A DNA stretch of 64,000 nt. It comes from Bacteroidales bacterium. GTDB taxonomy: Bacteria; Bacteroidota; Bacteroidia; Bacteroidales; GCA-2711565. Shown here piece after piece: positions 10,287-17,938 of this stretch. The notes under the pieces were generated by a model that was not told the origin of the DNA, did no database searches, and saw nothing but the letters and a program-made list of their open reading frames with translations. A program made the translations under genes and the position numbers. The stretch covers positions 64,212 through 128,211 of the forward strand of contig JANQLW010000022.1 in assembly GCA_028280405.1 (NCBI GenBank). The letters run 5' to 3'. Every line of letters starts with the position of its first letter. Positions within the stretch are counted from its first letter, which is position 1.

Positions 10287-11125
10287 GATTAAAACCCAGA
10301 GGATTATTACTAATATTACTATTTATAAAGACTGCTGTATCTGCACAATTTATTGACAATATTGTTGAAGATGAAAGTATGCTATATGCGCATACGAAGC
10401 AAGTCAACCAATTCTTTAGAAGATTTAACGGAGAAGAAAACAGGTATGGAAATCGTTTTGCAATAAACGATTCTCTTTACCGGAATCCGTCTTACCGAAA
10501 GCAATTTATTGAGGTACTTTTCGATAGCGAGAACCCCAATATTAACCCGGAAGTAAAAAAGGAATTCTTAGATCATTGTACCTATTCTTTTGATCAAAAA
10601 TTTCTGGATTTCCATGGTGGGAGCTATTTTGCAGAAGTGAAAACCACATTTAACTATAAAGGAGAACAAAAGGAATGCATCCTATTTCTCAAGCTTCAGG
10701 AGGAAAAGATCGGATCAAAGTGGGTAATCACTAATGTGGTGTTTGAGCCCTTTCTGAAACAATTTATCAATGCAGAAAAGCTACCTGATGAAGATAAAAA
10801 ATTCTTACATCCTTTGAGCCATGAACTGGATTTTATGAACCTGATCAAAGTATTTACTTCAAAAGCTATTCTTGAACAATTTGCAGAGAAAGATTATAAG
10901 CCAGATTTCTTAACTTTATTTATTTATGAATTCAGAAATTCAAATTTGGAGTTTTTGACGGTGAAAGATGTAAAATTCCATTTCTTCCAATTGGACGGAT
11001 GGTATTTTGAATTAGCAAGGTTTAATAGAAAGAGCAATAACTCCGGATGGCTGATTTCAAATTTGCTTAAAATCACAAAAGAAGATCAGGAAGTACTGAA
11101 ATCTTTAATATTCAGAGAAAACTAA
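10283..11125 (+). CDS. Secreted hypothetical protein
   Basis: 280 aa with a signal-like N-terminus (LLLILLFIKTAVSAQ). ATGA overlap with the upstream gene. Confidence 0.55.
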   Translation: MRLKPRGLLLILLFIKTAVSAQFIDNIVEDESMLYAHTKQVNQFFRRFNGEENRYGNRFAINDSLYRNPSYRKQFIEVLFDSENPNINPEVKKEFLDHCTYSFDQKFLDFHGGSYFAEVKTTFNYKGEQKECILFLKLQEEKIGSKWVITNVVFEPFLKQFINAEKLPDEDKKFLHPLSHELDFMNLIKVFTSKAILEQFAEKDYKPDFLTLFIYEFRNSNLEFLTVKDVKFHFFQLDGWYFELARFNRKSNNSGWLISNLLKITKEDQEVLKSLIFREN

Positions 11126-11133
11126 ATTAATAC

Positions 11134-13749
11134 ATGAAGCGTTTTTATATCATAATTTTCTCTCTATGCTTTTCATTAAGTTTATTTTCCAATAATGATA
11201 AGGATAAGTCATTTACACAAGATGACATTGAAACCTATAAAAAACAAGCTTCACAATTACTTAGCTTTCTGGAGTTCACTCTAAATACTTTGGGAAGCGA
11301 ACAGTCAACGCAGAAAGAAAAAGAAACCATCATTAACGAGAGTTTTCTGAAAATCTTTGCCAATGAAAAGGTTCAGGTTGAAGATGATTTGGATGAAAAA
11401 CGAACAGTTGCAACCAATAAAGATGTTCAGGCTTATCTGAAAGATATCGACTTCTTCTTTAAACAGGCCCAATTCAAATTCACCATAGAAGAAATTACCC
11501 ATCAGATAAACGATAAAGATCATTTGTTTTTCAAATTTCAGATCAATAGGAATCTCAAGGCGACATTAATCAATGGAGATACTATAAACACGAATAAACA
11601 ACGATTTATTGAAATCAATTTTGATGACCGGAAGCAGGATTTAAAAATTGCAAGTATTTATACTACCAAGCTAAATGAAAAGGAAGAGCTTCGAAATTGG
11701 TGGAACTCCTTATCAGATAAGTGGAAGTTAATTCTTGCCAGGGGTCGTATGCTCAATGATTTCATTCAATTAGCAGATGTTAAAAGCTATACGGATTCTA
11801 CATTTATCCGGACTTACGACTCAACCATTATTTTCAAAATAGATACCTTTTTGGCCTATAACACGGATACGATCTTTATCAATGAATATGACACTATTCA
11901 GCAAACTATTTACGATACGACATTGTTTAATTCGGATATAATCTATAATCACTTGACCGAAATCATTGATTACAGATCATTAGAAATACCGGATACATTG
12001 GGAATTACCCGTTTAGATCCTTTGAGTAAGCTAACTCAGCTAAAAAGTGTTGTGGCTGCGAATATTGACATTCAAAGCCTGATGCCTTTACGTAATCTGA
12101 TTTCTTTGGAGAACCTGGACTGCCACAATACTTTTATAGATAATCTTGAGCCTTTAAAATATACGACCAACTTAAAATCATTAAACATTAATGATACTGA
12201 AGTTACAGACCTAAGACCTTTATCTCAATTCCTGCAACTTGAACGACTGTATTTTAGCAATACCCTTATCGATAATATTCACGCTTTATCAAGCCTGGAC
12301 AAATTACAGGATTTAAGATTTATCAATACCCGTGTAACGGATATTGGTCCAATTGAAGCTTTAAATAATTTAACTGTTCTGAATTTTTCATCTAATAAAA
12401 TAAAATCGGTCGAAGCACTTTCAAATCTGGATAATTTAAAGATACTGGTCATCGATAATACTCAGATTCACAATTTATCCCCATTAGAAAAGAATAAAAA
12501 TCTGATCAAAATATATTGCGATCATACCAACATTATGGCTGAAGAGGCAAATCGTTTTATGCGGATTAACCCGAACTGCCTGGTGATTTATAATACTGAC
12601 GAATTAGTTAACTGGTGGTCTAACCTAAATAGAAATTGGAAAAGAATTTTCAGAAAATATAAGGATCTGGATCATACACCAACCAAAGAACAACTTCATA
12701 CTTTGATCAAACTTAGAGAAATAAATATTAGCAATAACCGATCTATTTATTCCTTGGAGCCATTGAGAAAGTTTATTTACCTGAAAAGGTTAAACTGTAG
12801 TAAAACAAAAGTCAGAAGCCTTGAACCGCTCAGGTACCTGATTGACTTGAACTATCTGAACTGTAATAATACCCAGGTTGAAAACCTCAGCCCTATCCAG
12901 AATCTGACAAAACTGGAATATGTTTATTTATCGAATTCCAATATTTTAAGCATACAGCCCTTACAAAGGCATAAACATTTAAAAGAATTACATATTGAAA
13001 ACACGCAGGTGACTTCTTTAAAAGCATTGAAGCGCTCTTCATTACTAAAAAGAATATATGCTGATAATACCAGAATAAGCTTAAAGGAAGTGCTTAAATT
13101 TAAAGAAAATAATAAACGCTGCCTGGTTATTTTACGATCATCCGAACTAAAGAATTGGTGGAAGGGTTTAAGCCGTAGTTGGCAACAGATATTTCTGAAG
13201 GCTATACAACTAAACAAAAGTTCTGTAAGTATAGAAGAGCTGCATGAAATCTATTATCTTGAAAAACTAAACCTGAATAATGTAACTGGCATCAGAAGCC
13301 TGGCTCCTTTAACTACATTGGCGAATTTAAAAGAATTGAGATTTACGGGGACCCAAATCACCCAGTTAACACCATTAAGAAAAATAAAAAGCCTTGAATT
13401 GATCGAATGTGCAAATAATCCAATTCATGATTTATCTGCCATTATGAATTTACCTAATTTGAAATACCTGGATATTTCAAATATCCCAGTTCAAAATTTT
13501 GAACAAATCCAATTCATGAAAAAACTTGAAACTTTGATTTGTCCGGGTATTCAAATCAAAAATCTGAAAAAAATTGAAATGTTAACCAATTTAAAGCATT
13601 TGGAAATTTATAATACCAGGATCAAAAACCTTGGTCCACTTGAAAATTTAAAATTAAAACATCTCAAGTGTTATAATACCGGATTAAATGCTAAAAAGGT
13701 GAATAAGTTTAAGGAAAAACAACCCAAATGTGAGGTCATATACTACTAA
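11134..13749 (+). CDS. Secreted leucine-rich-repeat protein (internalin-like 22-residue LRRs) with three repeated super-modules
   Basis: 871 aa with a signal peptide. It has many LxxLxxLxLxxTxIxDLxPL repeats and a thrice-repeated NWW..L...W..IF motif. Confidence 0.8.
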   Translation: MKRFYIIIFSLCFSLSLFSNNDKDKSFTQDDIETYKKQASQLLSFLEFTLNTLGSEQSTQKEKETIINESFLKIFANEKVQVEDDLDEKRTVATNKDVQAYLKDIDFFFKQAQFKFTIEEITHQINDKDHLFFKFQINRNLKATLINGDTINTNKQRFIEINFDDRKQDLKIASIYTTKLNEKEELRNWWNSLSDKWKLILARGRMLNDFIQLADVKSYTDSTFIRTYDSTIIFKIDTFLAYNTDTIFINEYDTIQQTIYDTTLFNSDIIYNHLTEIIDYRSLEIPDTLGITRLDPLSKLTQLKSVVAANIDIQSLMPLRNLISLENLDCHNTFIDNLEPLKYTTNLKSLNINDTEVTDLRPLSQFLQLERLYFSNTLIDNIHALSSLDKLQDLRFINTRVTDIGPIEALNNLTVLNFSSNKIKSVEALSNLDNLKILVIDNTQIHNLSPLEKNKNLIKIYCDHTNIMAEEANRFMRINPNCLVIYNTDELVNWWSNLNRNWKRIFRKYKDLDHTPTKEQLHTLIKLREINISNNRSIYSLEPLRKFIYLKRLNCSKTKVRSLEPLRYLIDLNYLNCNNTQVENLSPIQNLTKLEYVYLSNSNILSIQPLQRHKHLKELHIENTQVTSLKALKRSSLLKRIYADNTRISLKEVLKFKENNKRCLVILRSSELKNWWKGLSRSWQQIFLKAIQLNKSSVSIEELHEIYYLEKLNLNNVTGIRSLAPLTTLANLKELRFTGTQITQLTPLRKIKSLELIECANNPIHDLSAIMNLPNLKYLDISNIPVQNFEQIQFMKKLETLICPGIQIKNLKKIEMLTNLKHLEIYNTRIKNLGPLENLKLKHLKCYNTGLNAKKVNKFKEKQPKCEVIYY

Positions 13750-13794
13750 CCAATATATTTCTTTGTTTATTATTTCGGTAAATGCGGCAGACAG

Positions 13795-13941
13795 GAATCA
13801 ATTATAATTAAGGAGAGGTCATTTAAGGTATGAACCGGGAACTCATTCTGTCCGCCGGTTGTTCCTGGCAGGGAAGCCATCCTATTTTTTTTAAGTAAAG
13901 CCTGGTAATCAAACTATGGTAATTGTTTGTAAGTGAAAGGA
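13795..13941. repeat. Copy A of a conserved noncoding element at the 3' end of Sus-like locus A
   Basis: 13871-13941 matches 23753-23823 with 2 mismatches in 71 nt. 13795-13817 matches 23719-23741 with 1 mismatch in 23 nt. It contains the 12-mer gggaagccatcc. Confidence 0.85.
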
Positions 13942-14023
13942 AAGGCACGGGCTTGTAGTCCGTGCCGGTAGGTTTGCTTATCCCTGATCAGTGAAAGAAC
14001 CAGCGACTACAGCCCAGCAAGTA

Positions 14024-14638
14024 TCAATTTTTAATTCCATACTGCTCCTCGAAAATTTGTAGTTGTCTTTTATAACTATTGACTTCAGCAGCAGGCGAAT
14101 CTGGAGGTAAGCTCAATAATGCATTAAGCATAGCTTTTTTCCCATTTAAAGGATCTCCATTAAAATAGTAGGCTCCAGCCATTAGCCTATAATTAACAGG
14201 AATATTACCAGGAGTTTTAGTAATTTCGATAACTTTTTTATAACATTCGATTGCTAAATCAAAATCGAAATATCTTTTCTTCTTTTCGCTTACGCTTGCA
14301 GAACTAGCATTTACACCAATTCTATAAAGAAAAGCTTCATTGCCTGCTGACCATGGGAAGATATGAAGCACCTTCCAACCAAAAACATAGGCGTACGCAG
14401 GATTGACTTCTAACAGTTTTACAAATGATTTTTCATACAATTTAGGCTCATGCTTCGTTTTTAAAAAAACATACAATTCTTTGAATGAGCCATCTTCATC
14501 CTGTGCTATTAATTCATCAATTTTTTTAACATTTTGTATAAACTCCATTTTGATTTTTTCACTACTAAGCTCTTTTTGACTATATGTATAAGTCGAAATA
14601 AATAAGCCAATTATAATTATGAATATTTTTAATTTCAT
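14024..14638 (-). CDS. Secreted helical (TPR-like) protein, paralogous to the C-terminal module of the adjacent TlpA-like protein
   Basis: 204 aa with a signal peptide. Segments AYAYVFGWKVLHIFPWSAGNEAFLYRI and AIECYKKVIEITKTPGN...GAYYFNGDPLNGKKAMLNALLSLP parallel the 514-aa protein's AHDYAKEMIMEDWTGGNEHWLIRL and IAMNKKLLEITSD...WVFFLKGDIEQGELMMQKALEEVP. Confidence 0.6.
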   Translation of the reverse strand: MKLKIFIIIIGLFISTYTYSQKELSSEKIKMEFIQNVKKIDELIAQDEDGSFKELYVFLKTKHEPKLYEKSFVKLLEVNPAYAYVFGWKVLHIFPWSAGNEAFLYRIGVNASSASVSEKKKRYFDFDLAIECYKKVIEITKTPGNIPVNYRLMAGAYYFNGDPLNGKKAMLNALLSLPPDSPAAEVNSYKRQLQIFEEQYGIKN

Positions 14639-14645
14639 GTTTTTT

Positions 14646-14894
14646 TCAATTTAATTCTTTAATTAATTCATTTAACATTGGAATCGCTTTAATACATGGC
14701 TTACACTTAATGAAACTAAAATCTAACAAATAAATATGGCCTTTCTTAAATTCATTAAGCTTTTCTCCTTTATTCCAAGCCTCAATAATAATAGGTGGAG
14801 CTTTATCTCCAATTTTTAGCGATCCTATCTCTTGTGAATTTGCAGCACTTACAAAGGTTAAAAGCGTAATAATTGTTACTGTTATTTTTAACAT
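14646..14894 (-). CDS. Short thioredoxin-fold fragment (82 aa, CxxC retained); possibly a truncated TlpA paralog
   Basis: The ATG at 14894 gives a signal peptide (MLKITVTIITLLTFVSAANSQ). IGDKAPPIIIEAWNKGEKLNEFKKGHIYLLDFSFIKCKPCIKAIPML aligns with the N-terminus of the 514-aa protein, but the ORF stops after about a third of a thioredoxin fold. The listed ORF start at 14966 looks like read-through. Confidence 0.5.
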   Translation of the reverse strand: MLKITVTIITLLTFVSAANSQEIGSLKIGDKAPPIIIEAWNKGEKLNEFKKGHIYLLDFSFIKCKPCIKAIPMLNELIKELN

Positions 14895-14952
14895 TGTAGA
14901 ATGAATAATTAGTTTTCGTAAGATTTGAAATGATAAATGCTTTAGTATTAAA

Positions 14953-16497
14953 CTAAAGTGAACCAAAATCTCGTCGTAAACTTTTTAGCGATTTTTTAAA
15001 TACTCTTCTGCGATCCTTGTATTTATCTCCGGGGACTTCTTCTAGTGCTTTTTGCATCATTAATTCACCTTGTTCAATATCTCCCTTTAAAAAAAATACC
15101 CAACTCAGAGTGCTATAGGCATCAGAACGATTTCTAACGTCACTCGTTATCTCAAGGAGTTTTTTGTTCATCGCTATTGAAATATCATAGCCTTCCGGAT
15201 ATCTTAGTACATGTTGTGATAAGCGAATTAGCCAGTGTTCATTGCCACCAGTCCAGTCCTCCATGATCATCTCTTTAGCATAGTCATGGGCTTTGGTAAC
15301 ATCTATTTGGTATAATAGAAATAACTTAATACGATTTGCATATTTGTTATCCGGGTGCTTTTTAATGTAATCGTTTAAGGTCTTTAAGTGTTTTTTTTCA
15401 AAGCCTGACTTTTTTATTTTCTCTGCAATTTCCGGAAGCCCCTCTGCAAACCGTTTCTTTAAAACATCTCTCTTCTCAATTGCCTGATCTCTATTATAAG
15501 GACTTACACATACTTCAATAGCTTTTTGCATTAATGAATCTCCTGTACTATTATTACCCTCCCAATAATAGCTAAATGCCAGTAACTCATATACTATATT
15601 TTTAAGTATGGGTGTAGATAAATTAGACTTAACTATTACCTTTCTCATAGCCCTTGACAATTCATTACTTTTTTCTTTTTCTCTAAACTCACCAAATGGT
15701 AGTTCCAAGGCCATTTTATGGAGATAATCTGTTGCTCCTTGAATTGTATACCAAACATCACTCTTCAATATATGCCAACCATATTTATAAGCTCTTTCTT
15801 TGTTATTATTTAACAAGGTTTTGAACTTTATGGAAATTAAACTTATATCTTCCGGATAAACTGATATTAAGCTATCCAATTTTTTAATATTAGTATCCAA
15901 ATTATCAATTGTTGATTTGCCTATCTCTCTTTTAAGTCTTTTTATTTGTTCTGCATATTCCCCTATTGTCTTTCCTTCTCCGGAAATTAGTTCGTTTATA
16001 GTTTCCTGCAAATGTGTGGTATTACTTCCAATCCAGGCTAATTTCCCTTTATCATCAATTATCATTACTGTAGGATAACCACTTCTACCACTGGCATAAA
16101 CCCAATTCTTCTCCATATTTCTTTCAAAACCATCGACAGCAACAGTATATTGCATTTCATCTCCAATATTGTCTAATAGAGATTGAACAGCCTCAACTCT
16201 ATCTCCGGCTGTGAAAATACTTATAACTGTTACTCTGCCTTTAAATTCCCTGGCTACTTTAGTTAAATGTGGAATCGCAGCTCTGCATGGAGCACATGAT
16301 ATAAAACCAAAATCAACAATATAAATATGCCCGGGTTTGTAATCTAAAATGGGCTCTCCTTTTAGCCATGCTTCAACTTCTATTTTTGGTGCGTCATCAC
16401 CGATTTTAAGTGTATTTTTTATATTCTGTCCTGTACTTGTTAAACAAAATAAAACAGTAAAAAACAGATTTATAATTATTGTCTTATAGATTCTCAT
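14953..16497 (-). CDS. TlpA-like thiol-disulfide oxidoreductase (N-terminal thioredoxin domain) fused to a long helical/TPR-like C-terminal region
   Basis: 514 aa with a signal peptide and a CxxC motif in YIVDFGFISCAPC, followed by a helical repeat region. It lies directly downstream of susD in the same strand. Confidence 0.75.
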   Translation of the reverse strand: MRIYKTIIINLFFTVLFCLTSTGQNIKNTLKIGDDAPKIEVEAWLKGEPILDYKPGHIYIVDFGFISCAPCRAAIPHLTKVAREFKGRVTVISIFTAGDRVEAVQSLLDNIGDEMQYTVAVDGFERNMEKNWVYASGRSGYPTVMIIDDKGKLAWIGSNTTHLQETINELISGEGKTIGEYAEQIKRLKREIGKSTIDNLDTNIKKLDSLISVYPEDISLISIKFKTLLNNNKERAYKYGWHILKSDVWYTIQGATDYLHKMALELPFGEFREKEKSNELSRAMRKVIVKSNLSTPILKNIVYELLAFSYYWEGNNSTGDSLMQKAIEVCVSPYNRDQAIEKRDVLKKRFAEGLPEIAEKIKKSGFEKKHLKTLNDYIKKHPDNKYANRIKLFLLYQIDVTKAHDYAKEMIMEDWTGGNEHWLIRLSQHVLRYPEGYDISIAMNKKLLEITSDVRNRSDAYSTLSWVFFLKGDIEQGELMMQKALEEVPGDKYKDRRRVFKKSLKSLRRDFGSL

Positions 16498-16510
16498 AAT
16501 ACATACTGAT

Positions 16511-17929
16511 TTAGTAACCTGGATTTTGTGTTAAATTGGGGTTGTTTTGAATATCTACAGAAGGGATTGGAAAAAGAACATCTGTGCTATTCCATAGCGG
16601 TTTTACAGCACCTAAAATTTGGTCTGACCTACCATAACGTTTTAAATCAAACCATCTATGGCCCCACTCTATAAATAATTCGAATCGTCTTTCCTGCTCT
16701 ATAGCTAAAACTAATGATGCTTCATCTGTAGCATCTGTATCCGGAAGAGAAGCTCTATTCCTAATCATGTTTAAATCAGATTGTGCCCCGGAAATATTCC
16801 CTAGTCTGGCTTTAGCTTCTGCACGAATCAAATATTGTTCAGACAATCTAAATACCATAGAATACTCGGTAACTGTGGATCCAAATCGAATTTTATATTT
16901 ATTAGGGTAATAGGCTGTATCTATCCCATCTGTAACTGTGCCTATCCAATTTATTCTTCTGGTATCAATGGTATCAAAAGCATTTGCTAAATTTTCATCA
17001 AGTACAGCACCGCCTATTGGGCTTGGGGGAAATGAATTTACTATAAACAGGTAACCTTCATTCGTATTTAAGCCTTGGGTATTTGGTAATAATTGCCATA
17101 TTGCCTCGGAACTTGTTGATAAAAAAACATCGTTTAAATCTTCTTCTAATTCGTATTGGCTATTTGATAGAACGAAACTGGCTTCATTTTCGGCATTGTT
17201 CCAATCTTCCAAAAATAAATATACTCTTGCCAAAAATGCTGATACTACAAACTTGTTAGGTCTAACTCTGGAAGTAGTCGGATAGTCATCGGCAAGTAGG
17301 TTTTTAGCTTCAACCAGATCCTTTACGATCTGAGCATAGATTTCTCCCTCCGAATTACGACTTGCAAATTGCGTAGATTCAATATCTGTTGTAAGAATTA
17401 ATGGGACATCGCCAAAAAGATTAACTAAATAAAAATATGAAAATGCCCTTAAAAACTTAGCTTCGCCTTCTATTTGTATTGTTAATTCATCAGACAGGTC
17501 TGTAGAATTATTGATTCCGGTTAATAAAGCATTAGTACGATAAATAATTTCATACGGAACAACCCAAAATCCGTTTCTTGCATCTGTATTTGTAGGTACA
17601 ACATCATTTTCATTTATTTCTATAAGCCCTTCTCTGGTATTGATGTAGGTTAGCTCATCTGCCGCCAGACCTGAAAGAAAAGTTACGCTTTGTCTCCAAC
17701 CGTCAGAAAACCCAGAGCCCAGACCAATCATATCACCATAAATTCCGATTAAAGCCGATTCAGCAGAAGCATCATTGTTAAAAACAAATTCGTCAGTTAC
17801 TTCATTATTAGGTAAGTCTATTTCAATAAAATCTTCACAGGCTATATTCAACACTAATAATAATACAGTAATTAGAATGCTAAATGTTTTATGAAGATTT
17901 ATATTCTTTTTTATTTTTAAATTTTCCAT
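16511..17929 (-). CDS. SusD/RagB-family outer-membrane lipoprotein
   Basis: 472 aa with a lipoprotein signal (LNIACEDF). Typical SusD blocks are present (FLRAFSYFYLVNLFGDVPL, ERRFELFIEWGHRWFDLKR, C-terminal NPNLTQNPGY). It lies immediately downstream of susC. Confidence 0.9.
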   Translation of the reverse strand: MENLKIKKNINLHKTFSILITVLLLVLNIACEDFIEIDLPNNEVTDEFVFNNDASAESALIGIYGDMIGLGSGFSDGWRQSVTFLSGLAADELTYINTREGLIEINENDVVPTNTDARNGFWVVPYEIIYRTNALLTGINNSTDLSDELTIQIEGEAKFLRAFSYFYLVNLFGDVPLILTTDIESTQFASRNSEGEIYAQIVKDLVEAKNLLADDYPTTSRVRPNKFVVSAFLARVYLFLEDWNNAENEASFVLSNSQYELEEDLNDVFLSTSSEAIWQLLPNTQGLNTNEGYLFIVNSFPPSPIGGAVLDENLANAFDTIDTRRINWIGTVTDGIDTAYYPNKYKIRFGSTVTEYSMVFRLSEQYLIRAEAKARLGNISGAQSDLNMIRNRASLPDTDATDEASLVLAIEQERRFELFIEWGHRWFDLKRYGRSDQILGAVKPLWNSTDVLFPIPSVDIQNNPNLTQNPGY

Positions 17930-17938
17930 GTCTATATT

